Below, in pieces: positions 1 through 8,773 of a stretch of DNA of 64,000 bases (position 1 is the stretch's first letter; each line of letters starts with the position of its first letter). Position numbers and translations under genes: made by a program. The DNA is from Ignavibacteriota bacterium (GTDB lineage Bacteria > Bacteroidota > Ignavibacteria > UBA10030), in NCBI GenBank assembly GCA_963727825.1, contig CAVSHO010000001.1:96001-160000 (forward strand), given 5' to 3'. Under the pieces are notes generated by a model. The model made no database searches, was not told the origin of the DNA, and was given only the letters and a program-made list of their open reading frames with translations.

Positions 1-1
1 G

Positions 2-244
2 CTGCCTATTCCAGTGCTTGCGCGCGAGTTCTATAAACGCGTTTTAAAAGATGGTCGCAGCACCGAAAGCTGGTTGCTCATAAGCCTATATCTTCACACG
101 AATCCATTTGCAATGTTCAAAGAAGCGATACTCGGACTGAAGTTATTTTTACGCGGACGATTGACAATAGGGAGAGAGCGGATCAGACGACGTGACCAAC
201 TCCATGCAATTCTTGGACATACGAAAGGAGGATCGCCATCATGA
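2..244 (+). CDS. hdrC: Heterodisulfide reductase subunit C-like protein, C-terminal part (5' truncated by window edge)
   Basis: Frame open from base 2; stop overlaps hdrB start (ATGA 241-244) after RBS AAAGGAGG; assignment from operon position, since the Fe-S motifs lie outside the window. Confidence 0.65.
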   Translation: MPIPVLAREFYKRVLKDGRSTESWLLISLYLHTNPFAMFKEAILGLKLFLRGRLTIGRERIRRRDQLHAILGHTKGGSPS

Positions 245-1140
245 AGTATCTCTATTATCCTGGTTGCTCCCTTCGTAGCACTGGTCGTGCATACGGCGAA
301 TCACTTGAAGCGGTCTTCAAAGCGCTTGAAATACCCATGGAAGAGTTGGATGATTGGAACTGTTGTGGCGCCACCTCATATGTTTCCATCGACGAAACAG
401 ATGCTTTCGCTCTTGCTGCCCGTAATCTTGCACTTGCTGAACAGCAGTCTTCAGATGAGAAAATAAATCTTATCGCACCTTGCAGTGCGTGTTACCTTGT
501 GCTCTCAAAAACCGAGCGTTTTCTCGAAGATGTTCCAAATGTTAGTGCGAAAATCAATTCAAGCCTTAATAAAGCTGGACTTCATTACAATGGTCGTGTC
601 GATGTACGCCATCCGATTGATGTATTGGTGAATGATTACGGTTTAGAGAACATCGCCAAACGTGTTAAGACTCCACTAAAAGGTGTTAAAGTTGCCTGTT
701 ACTATGGTTGCCAGATTTTGCGACCATATGCCACGTTCGACGATCAATATCATCCGGAAACAATGGAAAAGCTTGTGAAAACTATTGGCGCGGATCCTGT
801 TGATTGGTCCTTAAAAACCCGTTGTTGCGGAGGCAGTTTGACAGGCACAATACAAGAAGCAGGTCTACGGCTCAACCGTATATTACTCAATGATGCGCAA
901 AAAAGTGGAGCCGCAGTTGTTCTCACATGTTGTCCGCTGTGTCAGCATAATATGGAATGTTATCAGCAACGGATTAATCGTATGTACGATGAAGAAATTG
1001 ATATCCCGGTGATGTACTTCACGCAATTAATGGGCATTGCACTCGGTTTATCAGAGAAGGAAGTTAGTATGCAAAGACTGTTTAAGAAGCCATCGCTCAA
1101 ACGTTTTACTCAGAAAGGAGCGACGGCAAATGCATGGTAA
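241..1140 (+). CDS. hdrB: Heterodisulfide reductase subunit B (CCG domains)
   Basis: YYPGCSL, WNCCGA, APCSACY, YYGCQ, RCCGG, TCCPLCQ motifs. Confidence 0.93.
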   Translation: MKYLYYPGCSLRSTGRAYGESLEAVFKALEIPMEELDDWNCCGATSYVSIDETDAFALAARNLALAEQQSSDEKINLIAPCSACYLVLSKTERFLEDVPNVSAKINSSLNKAGLHYNGRVDVRHPIDVLVNDYGLENIAKRVKTPLKGVKVACYYGCQILRPYATFDDQYHPETMEKLVKTIGADPVDWSLKTRCCGGSLTGTIQEAGLRLNRILLNDAQKSGAAVVLTCCPLCQHNMECYQQRINRMYDEEIDIPVMYFTQLMGIALGLSEKEVSMQRLFKKPSLKRFTQKGATANAW

Positions 1141-3142
1141 TGGACAAAACGGACATGTTCGTATCGGATTTTACATTTGTCATTGCGGACACAACATCGC
1201 CAGTATCGTGGATGTGAAAGCAGTTGCAGATTATGTGAAGACACTCCCCGGCGTCGTTATCTCACAAGATTACAAATATATGTGCTCCGATCCGGGACAG
1301 GAACTTATCCAGAAAGATATTAAAGAACATTCTCTTAATCGCGTCATCGTGGCGTCTTGCTCACCGCTGTTGCATGAGCATACCTTCCGCACGGCAGTGG
1401 AAAAAAGTGGACTCAATCCGTATTACTTTCAGATGGTAAACATCCGCGAGGATGTTTCGTGGGTTCACACTGACATTAAAGCAGCGACAGAGAAAGCGAA
1501 GGACCTTGCACGCGCAGCAGTGCAGCGTGTTTTTTACCACAAAGCTCTGGAAACAAAGCATGTGAAGATTCATCCAGACGTGCTCGTTGTTGGTGGCGGC
1601 ATTGCTGGAATTCATGCGTCCCTTACACTTGCAAATGCCGGCAAAAAAGTTTATCTCGTGGAAAGAGATCCGACAATCGGCGGACATATGGCAATGTTCG
1701 ATAAAACATTTCCAACGCTTGACTGCGCTGCGTGCATTCTAACACCGAAAATGTCGCAGGTGAAAAATCATCCCAACATTACACTGTGGACATATTCAGA
1801 AGTATCAAAGGTAGATGGTTATGTTGGCAACTACAAAATTGCAGTCAAACGGAAGCCACGCTATATCAACGAAGAATTGTGTGTCGGCTGTATGGATTGC
1901 ATCGAAAAATGTGTCTATAAGGAAGGCAAGACACCTGACGAATTTAATATGGGGCTGAGCAAGAGGAAACCGATTTACATTCCATTCCCGCAGGCAACTC
2001 CGCAAATTGTTGTGATTGATCCGGAAACCTGTATCGAGTTTAAATCCGGTCGATGCAAAAAGACCTGCGTCGAAGTATGTGACCGTAAAGCAATTGACTT
2101 TAAGCAACAGGAAGAAATAAAAGAGATAGAAGTTGGTACAATTATTCTTACAACAGGATTTCAAACATTTGATGCAAACAGGACTCCATATTACGGCTAT
2201 GGAAGATATTCAAATGTCTACACGTCTCTTGAAGTTGAACGTCTTGTCAATGCTTCCGGCCCGACTACAGGTGAAGTAATTCTTCGCGATGGGCGCCAAC
2301 CCAAATCGATTGGTATTATCCATTGTGTTGGTTCGCGTGATAAAAACACGAATCGTTGGTGCTCGCGCACCTGCTGTATGTATTCACTCAAGCTGGCACA
2401 TCTTTTAAAAGAGCATACGAATGCGGAGGTATATAATTTCTACATCGATATGCGCACACCGGGCAAAGGGTATGAGGAATTTTATGACAAACTGCTTGAA
2501 GAGAACGTACACTTTATCCGCGGCCGTGTTGCAGAAGTAACCGATAGCGCAGTGCGCCCGGAAGAGGAAGGAAAGCTTATTATCCGTGCTGAAGACACAA
2601 TGATCGGTATTGTGCGTCGTGTACCGGTGGACATGGTCGTACTTGCTGTTGGAATGGAACCTCATGCAGATTCGCAAGATGTACGGCGGATGTTTAATAT
2701 TTCCTGTTCGACAGAAGGATTCTTCCTCGAACGCCATCCAAAACTTGCACCGGTTGATACTTTTACTGATGGTATTTACATTGCAGGTGCGTGCCAGGGA
2801 CCAAAAGATATTCCTGATACTGTCGCACAAGCGGGCGCTGCTGCTGCTCAAGTGCTTACACTCATCGATACTGGTGAGATTGAACTGGAGCCGAATACAG
2901 CTTTTGTCGTGCAAGAAGATTGTTCAGGCTGTCGTACGTGTCTCACGATATGTCCGTACAATGCTATTTCTCGTGATGAGGTAAAGCAAAAAGCATTCAT
3001 CAATGAAGCGCTCTGTAAAGGATGCGGCACATGCGTTGCTGCATGTCCATCGGGCGCGATCAAGCAGAATTTGTTTGAAGATGAAATGATCTTCAGCGAG
3101 ATTGACGGCTTATTGAATATGGGACAGAATGTATGCTGTTGA
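1130..3142 (+). CDS. hdrA: Heterodisulfide reductase subunit A (FAD, 4Fe-4S)
   Basis: YICHCGHNIA, KYMCSDPGQ, GGGIAG FAD motif, FDKTFPTLDCAACILTPKM, HCVGSRD, C-terminal ferredoxin CxxCxxCxxxCP pairs; start ATG 1130 after AAAGGAG. Confidence 0.95.
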   Translation: MHGNGQNGHVRIGFYICHCGHNIASIVDVKAVADYVKTLPGVVISQDYKYMCSDPGQELIQKDIKEHSLNRVIVASCSPLLHEHTFRTAVEKSGLNPYYFQMVNIREDVSWVHTDIKAATEKAKDLARAAVQRVFYHKALETKHVKIHPDVLVVGGGIAGIHASLTLANAGKKVYLVERDPTIGGHMAMFDKTFPTLDCAACILTPKMSQVKNHPNITLWTYSEVSKVDGYVGNYKIAVKRKPRYINEELCVGCMDCIEKCVYKEGKTPDEFNMGLSKRKPIYIPFPQATPQIVVIDPETCIEFKSGRCKKTCVEVCDRKAIDFKQQEEIKEIEVGTIILTTGFQTFDANRTPYYGYGRYSNVYTSLEVERLVNASGPTTGEVILRDGRQPKSIGIIHCVGSRDKNTNRWCSRTCCMYSLKLAHLLKEHTNAEVYNFYIDMRTPGKGYEEFYDKLLEENVHFIRGRVAEVTDSAVRPEEEGKLIIRAEDTMIGIVRRVPVDMVVLAVGMEPHADSQDVRRMFNISCSTEGFFLERHPKLAPVDTFTDGIYIAGACQGPKDIPDTVAQAGAAAAQVLTLIDTGEIELEPNTAFVVQEDCSGCRTCLTICPYNAISRDEVKQKAFINEALCKGCGTCVAACPSGAIKQNLFEDEMIFSEIDGLLNMGQNVCC

Positions 3143-3167
3143 ATGTAACCTTGGAGAAGAATTAATT

Positions 3168-3687
3168 ATGTCAACAAAAATTGAACAAGAAAGAAATACA
3201 AACGGTTGGGAACCACGTATAATTGCTTTTTTCTGTAACTGGTGTACATATACTGCAGCAGACCTTGCTGGTGTATCGCGCTTACGCTATGAGCCAAATG
3301 CTCGAATTATTCGCGTCATGTGCTCTGGACGAATCGATCCACAATTCATTCTTGAAGCTTTTTCCAAAGGTGCAGATGGCGTTCTCATTGGCGGCTGTCA
3401 CCCCGGTGATTGTCATTATATGGAAGGGAATTACAAGGCGCTTCGCCGCGTCCAGCTTCTTAAACGAATGTTGAAAGACATGGGAATTGAAGAAAAGCGA
3501 TTTCGTCTTGAATGGATTTCCGCTTCTGAAGGCGAGCGTGTCAAGACAGTTATGAATGAAATGACAGAGCAAGTACGCGCACTCGGTCCGCTTGGATTAC
3601 CGAAAAAAAAAATTTGAGGAGTGGGACAAAGAAATGGAATTAATTGAACAAAAAGTCAATGGAGAGGAGGCAGCAGTCCATGCCTGA
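3168..3687 (+). CDS. mvhD: Hydrogenase iron-sulfur subunit MvhD/FlpD; apparent extra base in the A10 run near the 3' end
   Basis: FFCNWCTY, RVMCSGRID, GGCHPGDCHY, WISASEG; removing one A at 3603-3612 extends the frame (..KFEEWDKEMELIEQKVNGEEAAVHA*) to TGA 3685-3687, overlapping the mvhG ATG. Confidence 0.9.
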
Positions 3688-4645
3688 TAAACCGAAAGTA
3701 GCTTTCTATTGGTGTGCTTCCTGCGGTGGCTGCGAGGAATCAGTTGTTGATCTCGCTGAGAATATTCTGGATGTCGTTGCGGCAGTGGATATTGTGATGT
3801 GGCCTGTTGCTATGGATTTCAAGAAAAAAGATGTTGAAGCGATGGCTGATGGTTCGATCCTGGTCTCTATGGTCAATGGAGCAATACGTACATCAGAACA
3901 AGAAGAGATGGCAAAATTGATGCGGAAGAAAAGCAAGCTTATAATCGCCTATGGTTCATGCGCGCATATGGGAGGTATTCCGGGACTTGCCAATCAATTT
4001 CAACGTGAAGAAATCCTTCAATATATATTTGAAGAATCGCCTTCAACAGTGAATAAGGAAAAAATACGGCCGCAAATGAAATTTGAAACAAATGGCAATT
4101 CAGTTACTTTGCCAACATTTTTCAACGTTGTCCGCGCGCTTGATCAGGTAATCGATGTCGATTATTATTTACCAGGATGTCCGCCAACTTCAAAGTTGCT
4201 AAAGCAAGCACTTGAAGTACTTCTTTCTGGCAAATTACCGGAGAAAGGCGCTGTTCTTGCTCCGGATATAGCACTCTGCGATGAATGCCCGAAAAAAGAT
4301 ACGAAGCCAAGCGATTTGAAGTTCACGGAATTCAAACGTCCGCACTTGACACAAATCGATCCAAATACTTGTTTACTGGCACAAGGTATTGTCTGTATGG
4401 GACCGGCAACACGCGGCGGTTGCGAAGCGGTCTGTATTTCCGGTAATATGCCTTGCACGGGCTGTTTCGGCCCAACATCACGCGTAAAAGATCAAGGCGC
4501 AAAAATTCTTTCTGCTCTTGCATCGCAAATGGAAGCAAAAGATGAAAAAGAAATTGATGAGAAACTTGCATCAATTCCAGATCCAGTTGGTACATTTTAT
4601 CGGTATGGTTTGCCGGCATCAATCCTAAGAAGAAAAAATTTTTAA
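3680..4645 (+). CDS. mvhG: [NiFe]-hydrogenase small subunit, MvhG type
   Basis: CASCGGCE, AYGSCA, PGCPP, CMGPATRGGC, PCTGCFGP; ATG 3680 after GGAGG. Confidence 0.92.
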   Translation: MPDKPKVAFYWCASCGGCEESVVDLAENILDVVAAVDIVMWPVAMDFKKKDVEAMADGSILVSMVNGAIRTSEQEEMAKLMRKKSKLIIAYGSCAHMGGIPGLANQFQREEILQYIFEESPSTVNKEKIRPQMKFETNGNSVTLPTFFNVVRALDQVIDVDYYLPGCPPTSKLLKQALEVLLSGKLPEKGAVLAPDIALCDECPKKDTKPSDLKFTEFKRPHLTQIDPNTCLLAQGIVCMGPATRGGCEAVCISGNMPCTGCFGPTSRVKDQGAKILSALASQMEAKDEKEIDEKLASIPDPVGTFYRYGLPASILRRKNF

Positions 4646-4671
4646 GTACAAGTTGAAAATAAGGAATAGTC

Positions 4672-6150
4672 ATGGATGCATCCGCTACAAAGACACGACG
4701 TATAACGATTGATCCGATCACGCGACTTGAAGGTCATGGGAAGATTGATATCTTTCTCGATGACCAAGGTGAAGTGACGAAGGCATATTATCAGATCCCA
4801 GAATTGCGTGGATTCGAGATTTTTTCTAAGGGACGTCCCGCCGAAGATATGCCGCAAATTACCAGCCGTATTTGCGGTGTTTGCCCAACGGCACACCATA
4901 TGGCTGGAACGAAAGCGTTAGACGATCTCTATAAAGTAGATCCACCGCCTGCAGCAAAGAAAATCCGCGAGTTGATTTACAACCTCTTTATACTCGAAGA
5001 CCATGCACTGCATGTGTATATACTCGGTGGTCCAGACTTTATCGTTGGGCCGGATGCGCCAAAAGAACTGCGCAACATCGTCGGTGTGATTGGCAAAGTT
5101 GGAGTCGATGTTGGTAAGAAGGTGATCTCGATGCGTCGTCAATTGCGTGAGCTCATTAGTTACCTCGGCGGCAAAGTGATTCATCCGGTCTTCGGTTTGC
5201 CAGGCGGTGTGGCAAAAGGAATTGCTCCGGAAGATTTGCCTAAGTTTAAAGAAGTGGCAAAAGACGGACTCGAGTTTGCGAAGTTCACGCTTCAAGTATT
5301 CAAAGATATCGTACTAAAGAACGATAAATACGTCAAGATGATCACATCCGATACATATACTCATAAAACATACTATATGGGGTTAGTGGATGAAAACAAT
5401 AAAGTAAATTTCTATGATGGTAAGGTGCGGGTAATCGATCCAAGCGGAAAGGAATTCATCAAGTTTGCGCCCCAACAATATCTCGATCACATTGCAGAAC
5501 AGGTTGAGCCTTGGAGTTATGTGAAGTTTCCTTACCTCAAGACAATAGGATGGAAAGGATTTATCGATGGAGCCGAGAGCGGCGTGTATTCTGTTGCTCC
5601 TTTGGCACGTCTCAATGCATCCGATGGTATGGCAACTGCCGAAGCTCAAAAGGCATGCGATGAACTCTACAAAACTCTTGGTGGAAAGCCGGTGCATATG
5701 ACACTTGCTAATCATTGGGCGCGTGTTGTGGAGATGTTGCAAGCTGCAGAAAAATGCATTGAACTCGTGAATGATATTGAAATCACAAGCAAAGATATTC
5801 GCACTATTCCGACAAAAACGCCAACCATTGGAATCGGTATTGTTGAGGCGCCGCGCGGTACGCTCATCCATCATTACGAAACGGATGAACGTGGATTGAT
5901 AACAAAAGTGAATTTGATTGTTGCTACTGCGCATAACGGCGCACGTATTGCTATGGGTGTTGATAAAGCAGCGAAAGGGCTTATACGCGGCGGAAAAGTA
6001 AATGACGGCCTTTTGAATATGGTTGAAATGGCATTCCGCGCATACGATCCATGTAATGCCTGTGCGACGCATTCGTTACCAGGTGAGATGCCCTTACTTA
6101 TTAGCATCCGCGATAAACAAGGCAATCTGATTAATGAATTGAAGCGATAA
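4672..6150 (+). CDS. mvhA: [NiFe]-hydrogenase large subunit, group 3c / MvhA type
   Basis: TRLEGHG, L1 RICGVCPTAH, EAPRGTLIHHY, L2 DPCNACATH followed by a cleavable C-terminal extension. Confidence 0.93.
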   Translation: MDASATKTRRITIDPITRLEGHGKIDIFLDDQGEVTKAYYQIPELRGFEIFSKGRPAEDMPQITSRICGVCPTAHHMAGTKALDDLYKVDPPPAAKKIRELIYNLFILEDHALHVYILGGPDFIVGPDAPKELRNIVGVIGKVGVDVGKKVISMRRQLRELISYLGGKVIHPVFGLPGGVAKGIAPEDLPKFKEVAKDGLEFAKFTLQVFKDIVLKNDKYVKMITSDTYTHKTYYMGLVDENNKVNFYDGKVRVIDPSGKEFIKFAPQQYLDHIAEQVEPWSYVKFPYLKTIGWKGFIDGAESGVYSVAPLARLNASDGMATAEAQKACDELYKTLGGKPVHMTLANHWARVVEMLQAAEKCIELVNDIEITSKDIRTIPTKTPTIGIGIVEAPRGTLIHHYETDERGLITKVNLIVATAHNGARIAMGVDKAAKGLIRGGKVNDGLLNMVEMAFRAYDPCNACATHSLPGEMPLLISIRDKQGNLINELKR

Positions 6151-6234
6151 TATTTTTGAAACTATAGACATTTAATATCTCTTGGCGTTGCATTTTAAGA
6201 GTTTAAGAAATAAGTACAAATTGGAGTTCTAAAA

Positions 6235-7458
6235 ATGATAAAGAAATCTATATTCGTTATTTTGTTTTTGCACTTGGCAACAGCGCAATTGTATGCTCAG
6301 CCGGAGCGTCGCGACAAGGCGGTGTTCACAGAACCAAAGAATGAGTTTTGGGATTCTATCAAGACGACACTTGATAAATTCTATAAAAAGGATTCAGTTA
6401 AGAAACTGCAGGTAGATTTTAGTCAATTCAATCCGCCAAAATCCGTAGATGAATTCACAAATTACTGGCATAACAAACCGGTATCACAAGCTGTCTCCGG
6501 TATGTGCTGGTGCTTTTCCACAACATCATTTTTCGAATCAGAAATATTCCGGTTAAGCAAGCGCGAGATCAAACTCTCCGAACTTTATACTGTGTATTGG
6601 GAATACGTTGAAAAGGCACGAGGGTTTGTTCGGGCACTAGGTAATCAGGAGTTCGGTGAGGGATCAGAGTCGGATGCAGTGATACGTATATGGAAGAATC
6701 ATGGTATTGTTCCTGCAGATGCGTACACCGGGTTGCTCAATGGTCAACCTTTTCACGATCACTCGAAAATGTTTGCGGAATTGGATTCATTTCTTAAATC
6801 CCTTAAAGCCTCAAACAGTTGGGATGAAGATGCAGCAGAGCGTAACGTTAAATCTATTCTTAATTATTACATCGGTGCACCGCCGGAAAAGATCCTTGTT
6901 GGCAACAAAGAAATGACACCCAAGGAATATTTGGAAAAGGTTGTTAAATTAAATCTGGATGAGTATGTGGAACTTATTTCTCTTGCCGATCGCCCATATT
7001 ATACATGGGTAGAATATGACGTACCGGATAATTGGTGGCATAGCAAAAACTATTTCAATGTTCCATTGAACGATTTTATGACTACGGTGAAAAGTGCCAT
7101 TCGCTCGGGATATACAGAAGCCATCGGCGGCGACGTTTCGGAACCCGGTATCGATGGTAATGCTGGTATTGCCGTTGTGCCGACTTTTGATATTCCGTCG
7201 CAATACATTGATGAAAATGCGCGCATTTTTCGATTTAAGAATGGTACTACCGGAGATGACCATGGCATTCACCTTGTCGGTTACACACAGAAAGATTGTA
7301 CAGATTGGTATCTCATAAAGGATTCAGGCTCTGGCTCACGTAATAATTCGCATCCTGGATATTTCTTTTTTCATGAAGATTATGTGAAATTGAAAATGCT
7401 CGGAGTAATGCTGCCAAAAAGCGCTATGCCTGAACTTGCGAAGAAAATGGAGAAATAA
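6235..7458 (+). CDS. Secreted papain-like C1 family aminopeptidase (PepC/bleomycin hydrolase-like)
   Basis: Signal peptide; QAVSGMCWCFS catalytic Cys motif; DDHGIHLVG His; YLIKDSG. Confidence 0.85.
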   Translation: MIKKSIFVILFLHLATAQLYAQPERRDKAVFTEPKNEFWDSIKTTLDKFYKKDSVKKLQVDFSQFNPPKSVDEFTNYWHNKPVSQAVSGMCWCFSTTSFFESEIFRLSKREIKLSELYTVYWEYVEKARGFVRALGNQEFGEGSESDAVIRIWKNHGIVPADAYTGLLNGQPFHDHSKMFAELDSFLKSLKASNSWDEDAAERNVKSILNYYIGAPPEKILVGNKEMTPKEYLEKVVKLNLDEYVELISLADRPYYTWVEYDVPDNWWHSKNYFNVPLNDFMTTVKSAIRSGYTEAIGGDVSEPGIDGNAGIAVVPTFDIPSQYIDENARIFRFKNGTTGDDHGIHLVGYTQKDCTDWYLIKDSGSGSRNNSHPGYFFFHEDYVKLKMLGVMLPKSAMPELAKKMEK

Positions 7459-7487
7459 GAGCTCAAAACTTATAAATGCGGACAGCA

Positions 7488-7520
7488 AATGCCGGATGAT
7501 GAGTCCGGCATTCTGCGTTT
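7488..7520. terminator. Hairpin between convergent peptidase and hypE; probable bidirectional terminator
   Basis: AATGCCGGA-TGATGAG-TCCGGCATT perfect 9-bp stem. Confidence 0.55.
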
Positions 7521-7539
7521 AAATCGTGGGATTGTTACA

Positions 7540-8604
7540 TTAGCATATTCTTGGCAGTTGTTCGCCGGAAAGCATATCTACCACACGCGAACCACCAATT
7601 CGCGTTTTCATAATCACAGTGCTGGGATGATTGGCAACAACCTCGCCGATTATAACAGCATTTTTTCCAAACGGATGCGCGCGCATTGCTGCCAGTACCT
7701 TATCTGCGGCTGTTGGAGAGGTAAACGCAAGAAGCTTGCCTTCATTTGCCACGTATAGCGGATCGAAGCCGAGAATTTCGCAAGCACCCTTAACTTCATC
7801 AGATACAGGTATTAGATCTTCAAAAATAGTTATTCCAATATCAGCGCTCTCAGCAATTTCGTTTAGCACGGATGCGACGCCGCCGCGCGTCGGGTCGCGA
7901 AGAACATGAATTTCCTGGCTTGCCTCGAACATCGTCTCTACTAATCCGTTGAGTGGCGCACAGTCGCTTTCAATCTGAGTGTCAAATTCCAATCCTTCTC
8001 GAACAGACATGATGGCGATTCCATGATCGGCAATTGTTCCGCTTAAAATAATTTTATCGCCTAATTTCGCATGCCGAGGATTGATATCAACACCATCTGA
8101 AATAATACCAATACCAGAAGTATTGATAAAGATTTTATCCCCTTTGTTGCGATCGACCACTTTTGTGTCACCAGTAACGAGTTTGACCCCAGCTGCCTCT
8201 GCTGCGGTTTCCATCGAAAGCACAATGCGCCACAATTCTTCCATTGGCAATCCTTCTTCAATAATAAATGCGGAAGAAAGATAAAGCGGGCGTGCGCCAC
8301 ACATTGAAAGATCATTCACGGTTCCGTTCACGGCGAGCTTGCCAATATCTCCGCCGGGAAAGAAAATTGGATTGATGACGTATGAATCAGTAGAAAATGC
8401 TAATCGTGCTCCTCCGACAGAAAAGATCGCGCCATCGTGCAGCGGCTCTATCAATTCATTTTTAAATTGTGACGCAAACATGTCCTTGATCAACTGGTGC
8501 GAAAGCTTTCCTCCTCCACCATGTGCCAGCAGAACATTCTTGTATTCCATAATTGGCAACGGACAAGCAAAGCCATTGCTCAAGTCTATCTTTTTTTCAT
8601 TCAT
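7540..8604 (-). CDS. hypE: Hydrogenase maturation protein HypE
   Basis: LAHGGGG, FSTDSY, GDIGKLAVNGTVNDL, RDPTRGG, C-terminal PRIC. Confidence 0.96.
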   Translation of the reverse strand: MNEKKIDLSNGFACPLPIMEYKNVLLAHGGGGKLSHQLIKDMFASQFKNELIEPLHDGAIFSVGGARLAFSTDSYVINPIFFPGGDIGKLAVNGTVNDLSMCGARPLYLSSAFIIEEGLPMEELWRIVLSMETAAEAAGVKLVTGDTKVVDRNKGDKIFINTSGIGIISDGVDINPRHAKLGDKIILSGTIADHGIAIMSVREGLEFDTQIESDCAPLNGLVETMFEASQEIHVLRDPTRGGVASVLNEIAESADIGITIFEDLIPVSDEVKGACEILGFDPLYVANEGKLLAFTSPTAADKVLAAMRAHPFGKNAVIIGEVVANHPSTVIMKTRIGGSRVVDMLSGEQLPRIC

Positions 8605-8675
8605 CGGTTTTATTTTTGTTGTTACCGCGGTGATTATTTATTCTCTATGGGATTATGTACTCCTACGCTTGCATC

Positions 8676-8742
8676 GTCATTCCCATCCCGACAAAGTCGG
8701 GAGGAATCCAGAACAATAGACTCCCGCGTACGCGGGAATGAC
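8676..8742. repeat. REP/RS3-like palindromic doublet (GTCATTCCC...GGGAATGAC)
   Basis: Outer 9-bp IR 8676-8684/8734-8742; inner hairpin TCCCGAC-AAA-GTCGGGA; 16-bp palindrome TCCCGCGTACGCGGGA at 8722-8737. Confidence 0.75.
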
Positions 8743-8773
8743 AGAATACCTTGCTGCTTGCGGCGATGATTGT

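Noticed and set aside
3603-3617. Programmed ribosomal frameshift at the A10 run in mvhD
   Set aside because: No stimulatory structure seen, and similar extra bases occur throughout the window; homopolymer error is simpler.
241-6150. Selenocysteine recoding in Hdr/Mvh subunits
   Set aside because: The positions that are Sec in some archaea are Cys codons here (TLDCAAC, GCHPGDCH, DPCNAC); no in-frame TGA is needed.
6235-7458. C1 peptidase as the hydrogenase maturation protease
   Set aside because: It has a signal peptide and papain-type motifs; HybD/HycI are small cytosolic A31 peptidases.
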